64,000 nucleotides of DNA from Sodaliphilus sp. (GTDB lineage: Bacteria > Bacteroidota > Bacteroidia > Bacteroidales > Muribaculaceae). The translations under genes were made by a program, and so were the position numbers. Shown here one piece after another: positions 1 to 8,913 of the stretch. Each line of letters opens with the position of its first letter. Positions within the stretch are counted from its first letter, which is position 1. The DNA lies in assembly GCA_045541835.1 (NCBI GenBank), contig JAZQJW010000077.1:16770-80769 (forward strand), in the 5' to 3' direction. Below the pieces are notes generated by a model. The model ran no database searches. It was not told the origin of the DNA and saw only the letters and a list, made by a program, of their open reading frames with translations.

Positions 1-4
1 AACA

Positions 5-2032
5 GTGCCACTGACTATCGTGATGGTATCCACGGCACAACTCCAGGCTGACATACAACGCATTGAGAACAATGCTTATGCAGTCGCCGAGAAGAACTAC
101 AAAGCGAAGATGGCAAAACTGGAAAAGCAATTGAACGAAAACACGATTACGGCCGAAGAATATCGTACCGCCCTGCAAGATCTGCAGAACAGCTTCGAGA
201 AGTACCAGTCGCTCATTGAGAGCCTGGCCGAGCATTATGCCCATACAGATTATGACATGTTGGATGAAAATGAGGCCGAAATCAACACCTTGATTGAGAA
301 TGGTGAACTGGAGAAGGCCGACTCATTGATCCACACGTTGTTTGACCCCATCGATGTGCTCAAGCACAACAAAGAGGCCTTGGATCGCCTAGACCAAACC
401 ATCGCCGATGCCCAAGGCATGATTGACCAAGCCAATACTGACATGGCCGCCGTCCTGAAACAACAGGAAAAAGACGCTGAATACCTCTATCAACTTTACA
501 CCATCGCCCTCGCCCAATTTGACAACGAGCGCGCAGCTAAATACATCCAAACACGTGCCGAACTCGACACCACCAACGTACAGTGGCAAAACGAAGCAGG
601 AGAATTTATACATATGTTTTTAGCTGATTATGCTTTGTCTGCAAAATATTTTCAAAGAAGTCTAAATCAGTCTCTAGCTCAGTTTGGAGAGGATGGAGAA
701 TTAACAGCTATAAGCTATAATAATATTGGTGTATTATATTGTGTCCAAGGTGATTTCTTTAGGGCATTAGAAAATCATCAAAAGGCGCTTGATATACGAA
801 TACGGATACTGGGAACAGACCACCCTCATGTTGCCTTGTCTTATAATAACATAGGTTATGTTTACGACACTCAAGGTGACTTTACTAATGCTTTGTATTA
901 TTATAGGAAAGCGCTTGATATACGTGAGCGTGTCATGGGTGTTGACAATCCAGCTGTCGCAGAATCATACAACAATATTGGAACCGTTTTATTCAGCAAA
1001 GGAGACTTTGCTTCTGCATTGGAATATCATCTAAAGGCGCTGGACATACGTGAGCGAAATTTTGGAGTAAATCATCCTGATGTAGCAATGAGTACAGCAA
1101 ATATCGCCAATATTTACACTATGCAAGGTGAATATGACAAAGCGTTGAATCTATCTACAAAAGCATTATCTATTGTAGAGCAAGTTTTTGGCTTAGAACA
1201 CCCTTTTATTGCAACGTTGAGTAATAACATTGGGGGTATCTACTTTTACAAAGAAAACTATTCCAAGGCGCTTGAACTCTTTCAAAAGGCATTGCACAAT
1301 ATGAATTGTTTTTTTGGCTCTGACAATCCAGATATTGCTGTGTGCTATAATAACATAGGCTTGATGTATGAAAAACTTGAAGATTTTACGAAAGCGCAAG
1401 AATACTACTTAAAATCATTGGATTTGCTAATGCGGATTCTCCCCTCTGACCACCCTGATATTGCTAGAACTCTCAATAACCTTGGTTCATTTTACGAAAA
1501 CCAATTTGATTATGATATGTCACTGAAGTATTATCAAAAGGCTTTAGAGATCGGAGAAAAAGCATTGGGAAATGGTCATTGTGTCATAGCAACATTCTAC
1601 GATAATATTGGAGGGGTCTATTCCAAAAAAGGCGACTATGTCCATGCTCTTGAGAATTATCTGAAAGCGCTAAACATTTATGAACAAGTCCTAGGGCCCG
1701 AACACCAAGCTATCGCAGTTTCATACAACAACATTGGTTTTGTTTATTACGACAGCCAAGAAGATTACGACACGGCTTTAGATTACTTTAAAAAGGCGTT
1801 AGCTATCCATGAACGAACCTTGGGCAGGGAACATCCTAATGTTGCAACATCATACTATAATATTGGCATAATTTATGAAATAAAAAGAGAATACTCAAAA
1901 GCGCTGGAATATTTTGAGAGAACACTAGAAATAAGAGAAAGTATACTCGGCACAGACAATCCTTTAACTCAACAATCCAAAGAAAAAGTTGAGTTTGTCA
2001 AACAGCAACTGCAACAATCATCTTGCGAGTAA
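5..2032 (+). CDS. Coiled-coil + tetratricopeptide-repeat (TPR_12-like) protein; N-terminus cut by the window edge
   Basis: The reading frame is open to the window start. About 10 tandem ~42-aa repeats ending in (Y)NNIG.VY with KAL.I.E..LG..HP motifs. The N-terminal coiled-coil part is homologous to the next ORF (YIQTRAELDTTNVQW vs YIEQRALLDTTNVDW). Confidence 0.85.
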   Translation: MPLTIVMVSTAQLQADIQRIENNAYAVAEKNYKAKMAKLEKQLNENTITAEEYRTALQDLQNSFEKYQSLIESLAEHYAHTDYDMLDENEAEINTLIENGELEKADSLIHTLFDPIDVLKHNKEALDRLDQTIADAQGMIDQANTDMAAVLKQQEKDAEYLYQLYTIALAQFDNERAAKYIQTRAELDTTNVQWQNEAGEFIHMFLADYALSAKYFQRSLNQSLAQFGEDGELTAISYNNIGVLYCVQGDFFRALENHQKALDIRIRILGTDHPHVALSYNNIGYVYDTQGDFTNALYYYRKALDIRERVMGVDNPAVAESYNNIGTVLFSKGDFASALEYHLKALDIRERNFGVNHPDVAMSTANIANIYTMQGEYDKALNLSTKALSIVEQVFGLEHPFIATLSNNIGGIYFYKENYSKALELFQKALHNMNCFFGSDNPDIAVCYNNIGLMYEKLEDFTKAQEYYLKSLDLLMRILPSDHPDIARTLNNLGSFYENQFDYDMSLKYYQKALEIGEKALGNGHCVIATFYDNIGGVYSKKGDYVHALENYLKALNIYEQVLGPEHQAIAVSYNNIGFVYYDSQEDYDTALDYFKKALAIHERTLGREHPNVATSYYNIGIIYEIKREYSKALEYFERTLEIRESILGTDNPLTQQSKEKVEFVKQQLQQSSCE

Positions 2033-2079
2033 TGTAAAAGAAAAAGAACAGGGATTGAGCAAAGTATGATTGCAATGAT

Positions 2080-4368
2080 ATGAGAAAGGCATTACTGATA
2101 TCAGTTTTGATTCTTTGTGCTTTGTCTGCCTTTGCACAGACGCAGCAGGGATATGTCAAGACGCGGGGGAGGCTTGTTAATGGGCAGGTGATTGCCGGGC
2201 AGCGGTTGTCAGGGGCAACGGTGCAGATTAAGGGGCGCAATGCTGTTGTGTCTAAGGCCAATGGCACGTTTTCTTTCCCTGTCCCTGCCAACAGGTTCGT
2301 TGTTCAGAGTGTGAAGAAGCAAGGCTACGTGCTCGTTGACCCTGAGGTCACAGCCAGACAATACTCTTATTCGTCAGACCCGCTGATTCTTGTGCTTGAG
2401 ATGCCCAGCCAACAAACTGGCGACAAGTTGGAAACCGAACGCAAACTAAGGAAGACGCTGACCCGGCAATTGGAGAAACAGGAAGATGAGATTGAACACT
2501 TAAAGGAGCAGAACAAGTTAACTGAAGAGCAATACCATCAAGCATTACAGGAATTATATGCCGAGCAGGAAAAGAGCATGAATCTGGTGTCACAGATGGC
2601 CGAGCGTTACTCTAGGATTGACTTTGACCAATTGGATGAGTTCAACCGCCGCGTCAGCGAGTGCATCATTGAGGGGCGGCTTACCGAAGCAGATTCACTA
2701 ATCAAATCCAAAGGCGACCTCAAGGAGCGAATTGCCACCCACAACAAGCACCATGAGGCCAACGTGGAGGCCCGCAAGCACCTTGAGGACAGCGAGGCCA
2801 TGGAAATCAAAGACCGCGAAGACCTCGCCCAGGACTGCTACAGCCAGTTCCTTATCCACAAACTGCAACACCACCCCGATTCCGCAGCCTACTACATCGA
2901 ACAACGCGCCTTATTAGACACCACCAATGTTGATTGGCTTTGTGATGCTGCCATCTATCTGAAAGACACTGGCAACATCGATAATGCCTTGTCATTATTC
3001 TTAAAGGCTCACAATCGATATGCCGCCATCGGCATGAATGACATCCGCCATGCCGAGATTCTTGAAACCATGGCTGACACATACTACGATCGCCAAGAGT
3101 ATATTAATACTATAAAACACTGTAACTTAGCTATAGATATTTACGAAGCGCATAATATAAAACACCCTAATCTAGTGCATTGCTGGAATCTAATGTATTA
3201 TGCTGGCCTTCTTTCCAGTAGTAACAGTGATAAATATGATAAGTATAAATCATTCCACAGCAAAGCCGTAAATACTATTAATGATATTTATAGTGATCCA
3301 GATATTGACTTAGACAACATCTTTTTTGAAGATGGCAGTTGGTCAAGTGATATTGATTATAATATAGCAGCTCAATACCATGAGAGAGTACTAACCAAAG
3401 TGGATTCTGTTTATGGATCAAATAGCGAACTTGCTGCAAAAGTTCACAAAAGTTTGGGAAAAGCATACAGATATAGTCATCGCTATGATAAATCCATGGA
3501 CAATTATGAAATGGCATCACGGATATTGAATACTATCGATAGCCTAAATCCTGAATTGAGCGATTTATACGATAAGATGGCAGACTTTTGCCGTTATGCC
3601 CTAAAAGACACATCAGCTGCGATTCAATATTACCAACAAGCTATTCATGTTTTGAAAACAACCTTTGGTGCTCATCAAAAAATTGGAAGGTATTATGAAT
3701 CTTTGGGTCATTTATATGATGGACTTGAAGAATACCAAACTGCACTTGAGTGTTACTATAGAGCATTAGACAATGACAAGCGAGTTTACGGAGAAAACAG
3801 CGATTGGATAATACAAACAAACAGCTCAATAAGTTCAACTTATCAAGATATGGGTGATTTTGAAAAGGCAATAGAATATCTTCAAGTGAATAAATCAATA
3901 ATTGATCAGAGGCTTGAAAGGGACTCCCCAAGAGGCAAGACCTCTCAGTATGATGCGTATTATAGAGAATTGGGTGATGTTTATTACCTACAAGGAAAAT
4001 ATGATGAAGCTCTTAACTCTTATAGGAAAAAGGTTGAAAACAAAATTGATTCCTATGGTGATACAGCACTCTTCTTATGGGTTGATTATGCTAAGATTGG
4101 TTTGATTTATTTGGCCCAAAAAGACTCGGTTATTGCTGTAAAAAACTTCATTAGATCTTTAGAGTTATTAAAAACAAAGTATAAAGATTTGAAAGAATGG
4201 GACTCATGTCTAAAAGTTATTGAGCACTATTATTGTCAAGGTGAGTATGCTCATGCAGCGGCATCTTTTATTGACACTCTCGAAGATTTTGTAGTAAATA
4301 AAGAGAGCGACATTCTTTTAATATTATATTTCAAAGAAATCCTAAAGATGTCAAAACTTAATTATTAA
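2080..4368 (+). CDS. Secreted coiled-coil + degenerate TPR protein, paralog of the preceding ORF
   Basis: Signal peptide MRKALLISVLILCALSAFAQ, then a beta-rich segment (GYVKTRGRLVNGQ...). Coiled-coil module shared with ORF 5..2032, followed by an AT-rich divergent TPR-like C-terminal half. Confidence 0.85.
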   Translation: MRKALLISVLILCALSAFAQTQQGYVKTRGRLVNGQVIAGQRLSGATVQIKGRNAVVSKANGTFSFPVPANRFVVQSVKKQGYVLVDPEVTARQYSYSSDPLILVLEMPSQQTGDKLETERKLRKTLTRQLEKQEDEIEHLKEQNKLTEEQYHQALQELYAEQEKSMNLVSQMAERYSRIDFDQLDEFNRRVSECIIEGRLTEADSLIKSKGDLKERIATHNKHHEANVEARKHLEDSEAMEIKDREDLAQDCYSQFLIHKLQHHPDSAAYYIEQRALLDTTNVDWLCDAAIYLKDTGNIDNALSLFLKAHNRYAAIGMNDIRHAEILETMADTYYDRQEYINTIKHCNLAIDIYEAHNIKHPNLVHCWNLMYYAGLLSSSNSDKYDKYKSFHSKAVNTINDIYSDPDIDLDNIFFEDGSWSSDIDYNIAAQYHERVLTKVDSVYGSNSELAAKVHKSLGKAYRYSHRYDKSMDNYEMASRILNTIDSLNPELSDLYDKMADFCRYALKDTSAAIQYYQQAIHVLKTTFGAHQKIGRYYESLGHLYDGLEEYQTALECYYRALDNDKRVYGENSDWIIQTNSSISSTYQDMGDFEKAIEYLQVNKSIIDQRLERDSPRGKTSQYDAYYRELGDVYYLQGKYDEALNSYRKKVENKIDSYGDTALFLWVDYAKIGLIYLAQKDSVIAVKNFIRSLELLKTKYKDLKEWDSCLKVIEHYYCQGEYAHAAASFIDTLEDFVVNKESDILLILYFKEILKMSKLNY

Positions 4369-4374
4369 AAAACA

Positions 4375-5553
4375 ATGGAAAGGATTAGTCAAACGATGAC
4401 CAACGAGATGGGGCAGGAGTTTAAGTTCTATGCCTTTATCAGTTATAACTCCAAAGATACGGAGTGGGGCAAGCGGGTGCAGCGCAAGTTGGAGCACTAC
4501 CGCATGCCGTCGACGTTGTGTCGCGAGCGGGGATGGAAACGCACGCCCATCCGCCCGGTGTTTTTCGCGCCCACGGATATCCAACCCGGGGGCTTGAGTG
4601 ACGAACTCAAGGAGCGGTTGCGAGCATCCAAGAACCTGATTGTCATCTGCTCGCCCCACTCGGCTCAATCAGAGTGGGTGGGCAAGGAGATTGAGTATTT
4701 CCATAGTTTGGGCCGCACCGACCACATCCACTTCTTCATTGTGGACGGTGTACCTCATAGCGGCAATCCAGATACCGAGTGCTTCAATCCCATTGTAGAG
4801 CAACTTGGCTTGCCCGAGATTCTGGGAGCCAACATCCACGAGAAGAACTACCGCTGGCCGTGGATGAACAAGGAACGAGCCTATGTGCAACTGGTTTCCA
4901 AACTGCTGGGCGTGGAGTTCGACAGCATTTGGCAACGCCACAAACGCCGCCTTATCACCCGCCTTATCACTTGGACTGTGGCCGCTATCGCCATGCTAGC
5001 AGCCTTGGCATGGGTATGGATATCCAGCCAGCCGTTTGATGCCCGTGTGGCGCTAAACGAGGTATCCTTCCACAACGACCAGTTACCTCCACTGGAAGAG
5101 GCCGTAGTGACTCTCACGCTGGACAATGAGACCAAAGTTGATACGGTTCACTCGATGGACCAATGTGCCTTGTTTGCTAACATCCCTCACAGATTCCTCG
5201 GACAACAGGTTCACATAACATTCACAACACCAAACGAAAATCCATCCCGCTTTTTGCCTGTTGATACCATCATTGTTTTAGATCGGGATGTGAACCTTGA
5301 CATCAGGCGCGATCCGATGTATTATGGCAATGTCCATTTTGGCCTTTGGGACCCCCATATTGGGGCATTTATTCCTAACACTCCAGTTGAGGTGAATGGG
5401 CTTAAAACCGTTTCTGACCAAGATGGCCAGGTGAAAGTCTTCATTCCTCTAGAGAACCAACGGCCCGCTTATCACGTCAAAACCTCATTCCCACTAGCCA
5501 CAGACAGCATCAATGCACTCTGTGGCGATGACGATATCATCGAAAAACGATAA
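4375..5553 (+). CDS. TIR-domain protein with a single TM helix and a beta-rich C-terminal (predicted extracytoplasmic) domain
   Basis: N-terminal TIR_2-like motifs YAFISYNSKDTEWG and NLIVICSPHSAQSEWVGKEIEYF, with no signal peptide. Hydrophobic helix LITWTVAAIAMLAALAWVWISS. Starts 6 nt after the upstream stop. Confidence 0.8.
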   Translation: MERISQTMTNEMGQEFKFYAFISYNSKDTEWGKRVQRKLEHYRMPSTLCRERGWKRTPIRPVFFAPTDIQPGGLSDELKERLRASKNLIVICSPHSAQSEWVGKEIEYFHSLGRTDHIHFFIVDGVPHSGNPDTECFNPIVEQLGLPEILGANIHEKNYRWPWMNKERAYVQLVSKLLGVEFDSIWQRHKRRLITRLITWTVAAIAMLAALAWVWISSQPFDARVALNEVSFHNDQLPPLEEAVVTLTLDNETKVDTVHSMDQCALFANIPHRFLGQQVHITFTTPNENPSRFLPVDTIIVLDRDVNLDIRRDPMYYGNVHFGLWDPHIGAFIPNTPVEVNGLKTVSDQDGQVKVFIPLENQRPAYHVKTSFPLATDSINALCGDDDIIEKR

Positions 5554-5671
5554 TGACTGTACCCTTTCTTCCTCACTGGTTATCAATGGAGCACGGCCAA
5601 TTTCAGCCAGCAATTCATCTATTTGTTTGTTGGTCATATCACATGTCAGTTTTGATCTACTATTTCAATCT

Positions 5672-6199
5672 TCATTTGCTTAAGAATTGATGGTTATTCA
5701 AATATGATACTACTGCGGGCCAGTCGGGGAACTTGGGTGAGCCAAATTGGATTAGTTCGCCCTTGAACTCCTTGGCCCCGTTTTTCTCGCGATCGTCAAT
5801 CAGGAAGTCGCCTCGGTTGAGGTCCTTGTGATGTGAGATGATGAGGCGTTTGTAGAAGATGGATTTTTCTCCCTTGCCGAAGTGGCGCTGCACCCACTCC
5901 AGTTTGTCGCTCCATGCCGACGGGTTGAGCCATGGGGCCGTGGAGAGGATATAGAGGTCAAAGAATTTGTTCAGTTCCTGTATGGCCTCGATGGCGCCAG
6001 GCATCGGGTCCATCAGCGAGAATAAGCCGGGGATATCGTCATAATGCGGCTTACCCGTGCCGTCATCGGCATACTTGGCCTTGAGTGCTTCGGGCACACG
6101 TTCGAGTCCGCTCTGGAAATCAACCAGGACATTGTCCATATCAACATAGACGGTTTTTCCACATTTCAAACTGGTGTTTCTGCTAAGTTTAAATCCCAT
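5672..6199 (-). CDS. HAD-superfamily 5'(3')-deoxyribonucleotidase (NT5C family)
   Basis: HAD motif I VYVDMDNVLVDF and overall resemblance to NT5C-type deoxynucleotidases (175 aa). Confidence 0.75.
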   Translation of the reverse strand: MGFKLSRNTSLKCGKTVYVDMDNVLVDFQSGLERVPEALKAKYADDGTGKPHYDDIPGLFSLMDPMPGAIEAIQELNKFFDLYILSTAPWLNPSAWSDKLEWVQRHFGKGEKSIFYKRLIISHHKDLNRGDFLIDDREKNGAKEFKGELIQFGSPKFPDWPAVVSYLNNHQFLSK

Positions 6200-6224
6200 A
6201 ATCTATACTTTTTTAATCGGTGAT

Positions 6225-6263
6225 TCCTACTCCCTTCAAGTGAGCGTTTCGGATGCCTCTCGT
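6225..6263 (-). repeat. Conserved 39-nt 5' leader element, copy A (between the AAA+ stop and the NT5C start)
   Basis: ttcctactcccttcaagtgagcgtttcggatgcctctcg matches 8914..8952 at 37 of 39 positions. It ends 25 nt upstream of the ATG at 6199. Confidence 0.9.
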
Positions 6264-6274
6264 TCTTTCATTAA

Positions 6275-7942
6275 TTAAAAACCTATTCTTTGGGGGGTAT
6301 CGGCAGGTTTCATGGTCTCGGCCCTGCAATAGTTCATGAGGTCAGCGAGGCGGTCAGAGGCCTTTTCTACACCGTACAGGACGCGATTGATGGTGTCCTT
6401 GCGGGCGATATTCTCGATTTGGCCTCCACTCAACTCAAAGGCTTGTGCCAAAGTGTTGGCATCACGCTCGCTCAGCCCGGACACCATACTTTGCCAAATG
6501 CGACTGCGCACACTGGCATCGGGCTTTTCAAACTTGATTTTATAGAGGAAACGACGTTCAAAAGCGCTGTCCAGATTGGTGGCAAGGTTGGTCGTGGCTA
6601 TGAGGATACCATTCAAGTCCTCCATCTCCTGGAGGATGATGTTCTGGATGCTGTTCTCCATCTTGTCCACTGCGCTCTCGGCGCCGTTCTTTCGCACCCC
6701 GAAGATGGCATCGGCCTCGTTGAACAACAGGATAGGAGCCACGTCGCAACGCTTGACCAGTTCGCGGTAGCGGTCAAAAAGCGCCTTGATGTTCTTCTCG
6801 CTGTCCCCCACCCACTTGCTCTTGATTTGCGGCACTTCCACTGTCATCACGCAGCGGCCTGTTCGGTGCGCCAGCTGATAGGCGGTTTCGGTCTTTCCAG
6901 TTCCCGGGGCACCATAGAACAAACAGGCGAAACCCGTGCGAAAACCATTGTCCGTCATGCGTTGCTGAATCTGCTTGAATTTATCAACCTCGAGGAAAGA
7001 ATTCAATTCCTCGATCTGCCGTGTCATTGCCTCGGGATAAAACAGGGCCTTGGGGGTGACGACTTCAGGATAGAGCACATTGCTCAGTTTCACATCGGGT
7101 TTGTTGAGGTCAAACTCAGCGAGGAGTTTTGTTTTAGCCTTGCTGGTCAGCGTGAACATCGACATGTTGACCCTGCCGTCCTCACACACCGACTCGATCA
7201 GTTCCTTTTTTGCAAGGATATGTCTGCCCGACGCCAGTTGCATGACGATTGAACGATGCTGGTAACATCTGTCATACAGGCACTTCAATTCATGGGCGCA
7301 GATGCGTTCATCGTCCTCGTTGATGAGTTGGTTGCAGAAGAAGGCAAGCAGCATCATGTTGGTTTCGTCAAGTTTCAAATCGAGCATCTGGCGGGCAAAG
7401 CCAATGTGCGGGTTGTCCTTGAACAGGGTCAATAGGTCACGGCTCAAGTCTTCGGGGCAGATGTCGTTGTGGTCTGCAGCAATGAACCATGTGCCCATCA
7501 GGTCGAACATTGCCGGGGCATCCTCAACCTTCAGGTTGGGGATGATTTGCGCCTTGTTTTCCTGCAGAGCGCTGATCACATGTTCGGGAATGTCAAAGGC
7601 GTCACGCTCGCGGTCACGATAGCGCATCAACCTCATCTTGACCATAGCTTTGATGTCGGCGTCAAAAGAGAGGCTCGCGACATTCCTCATATTGAGATGA
7701 TGCGATAACTCGATGAGACGCACATTGTGGGGGCCGCATTCGACCGTGATGCAGAACAGGATGGCCTGCTGCGGTGTGATGTTGTAGGCGTCGGCCACCA
7801 GTTTGATTTCTTTCTTGCACTGCTTGAAGAACAGGTCGCACAGTTGTGAGTCACAGGACTTCTCGACGATGGTTTCGACAGCCTTCAGCAAGGTGAGTCG
7901 CTTGCTAGTGGTTCGCTTAGTTGTTTTGTTCTCTTTCTCCAT
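6275..7942 (-). CDS. Classic-clade AAA+ ATPase with an uncharacterised ~330-aa N-terminal region
   Basis: Walker A GAPGTGKTE, Walker B ILLFNEADAIF, second region of homology ATTNLATNLDSAFERRF. Start set at MEKENK (ATG 7942) rather than the longer track ORF. Confidence 0.85.
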   Translation of the reverse strand: MEKENKTTKRTTSKRLTLLKAVETIVEKSCDSQLCDLFFKQCKKEIKLVADAYNITPQQAILFCITVECGPHNVRLIELSHHLNMRNVASLSFDADIKAMVKMRLMRYRDRERDAFDIPEHVISALQENKAQIIPNLKVEDAPAMFDLMGTWFIAADHNDICPEDLSRDLLTLFKDNPHIGFARQMLDLKLDETNMMLLAFFCNQLINEDDERICAHELKCLYDRCYQHRSIVMQLASGRHILAKKELIESVCEDGRVNMSMFTLTSKAKTKLLAEFDLNKPDVKLSNVLYPEVVTPKALFYPEAMTRQIEELNSFLEVDKFKQIQQRMTDNGFRTGFACLFYGAPGTGKTETAYQLAHRTGRCVMTVEVPQIKSKWVGDSEKNIKALFDRYRELVKRCDVAPILLFNEADAIFGVRKNGAESAVDKMENSIQNIILQEMEDLNGILIATTNLATNLDSAFERRFLYKIKFEKPDASVRSRIWQSMVSGLSERDANTLAQAFELSGGQIENIARKDTINRVLYGVEKASDRLADLMNYCRAETMKPADTPQRIGF

Positions 7943-8086
7943 TGTAATAACAGTATTTATTGGTTGATAAATTGCGATAATGGTTGCGTTGAGACCGATA
8001 AACGGGCACAACAATAGGGATGTTAAATCATTGATATTGAGCGGATATTATCTGCAATCCGCACAATATCAAGCGGATGCAACCAA

Positions 8087-8293
8087 TCAGGCTGCGAGAG
8101 GTTGTTGCAAAATTGGTGTCAAGTGGAAATGTTTGATGAGTTTTTCAAGGAGTTGGTCGGTTTGATTTTTGTCAAGTCCGAAGAAGGATACTTCGAGTTT
8201 TTCGAGGTCCCCCCAGCATTCAATGTGTTTGTTGTAGAGATAGTTGTGTACCCGGTTGTGAGTTCTCAGTGAAGAAGTTTTGATTGTTGTCAT
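8087..8293 (-). CDS. Small hypothetical protein (68 aa) ending in ...QQPLAA; paralog of 9167..9376
   Basis: Aligns with the 69-aa ORF (NRVHNYLYNK/NRAHNYFYNK, FGLDKNQTDQL/FNLDRTETELL, KHFHLTP/KHFLLKP, identical PLAA C-terminus). A similar upstream AAAAATTCAAAA motif is present. Confidence 0.6.
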   Translation of the reverse strand: MTTIKTSSLRTHNRVHNYLYNKHIECWGDLEKLEVSFFGLDKNQTDQLLEKLIKHFHLTPILQQPLAA

Positions 8294-8469
8294 AATTGTT
8301 ATTATTTAAAATTAAAAATGAAATTCGCAGTCAATATGTAATCACGGCCCAAAAATTCAAAAATTTCGGAAATATTTTTCAAAAATTTTTCAAACCGCTG
8401 AGATAGAGGCATTTGGAAATGCGTGAATATGACAACATTTTTGATGTTAAGAGCGCCGTTAGTGCCCCA

Positions 8470-8898
8470 TCAATCCCAGGAGAAGTTCTCGCCGTTCTTG
8501 TAGAGATGTACTACATAACCTCCTTTCTTCAGTTTCTCGGCCAGGAAATCACACTGTCGGCCCGTGGAGATCTCCCACTTGCGTTCCGGCTGGCTGTACT
8601 CGATGCTCTCGATGGAGTCATGAACAATGACGTGGCGCAGGTTGGAGCAGCCGGCAAAGGCATCGAGGCCAATCTCCTTCAACCCTTCGGGAATGTAGAT
8701 GGCCTCAAGAGAGTCGAGATTCTGGAACGCGTGGTCCTTGATTTCCTTGACATAGTACGGGAAGATGATGCAGACGGGGTTCTCACAGGCCGAGCCAACG
8801 GTAACCCTGTCTTGAGTGATCTTCACACCGTCAGTGACCTCAACACCATTCCTAAAGAATTTCACACCATAATCAGTAATTGCTAATCCCATAAACAT
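8470..8898 (-). CDS. Small leucine-rich-repeat (BspA/LRR_5-like) protein
   Basis: FQNLDSLEAIYIPEGLKEIGLDAFAGCSNLRHV matches the BspA-type LRR pattern. Preceded by copy B of the 39-nt leader. Confidence 0.6.
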   Translation of the reverse strand: MFMGLAITDYGVKFFRNGVEVTDGVKITQDRVTVGSACENPVCIIFPYYVKEIKDHAFQNLDSLEAIYIPEGLKEIGLDAFAGCSNLRHVIVHDSIESIEYSQPERKWEISTGRQCDFLAEKLKKGGYVVHLYKNGENFSWD

Positions 8899-8913
8899 TA
8901 ATTCATTTAGTTT

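Noticed and set aside
6264-6274. Mini-ORF ATG AAA GAA CGA GAG GCA TCC GAA ACG CTC ACT TGA overlapping copy A of the 39-nt leader as a conserved uORF.
   Set aside because: Copy B has TAA TAG immediately upstream in that frame and no ATG, so the peptide is not conserved.
6290-7252. Long antisense ORFs in the six-frame track. Examples: 6290..7252 +, 13817..14590 -, 22614..23927 -, 24180..25538 -, 26591..27706 -, 36372..37775 +, 55503..56852 +, 61516..63588 +.
   Set aside because: Each lies entirely opposite a gene with clear family motifs. Their products are low-complexity (V/G/H/D/A-rich) with no recognisable domains. They lack their own promoter or terminator context. They are the usual mirror ORFs of GC3-rich coding sequence.
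8413-8886. 157-aa plus-strand ORF.
   Set aside because: It is antisense to the LRR gene, which carries a recognisable LRR motif and the conserved leader. The plus-strand ORF has no motifs of its own.
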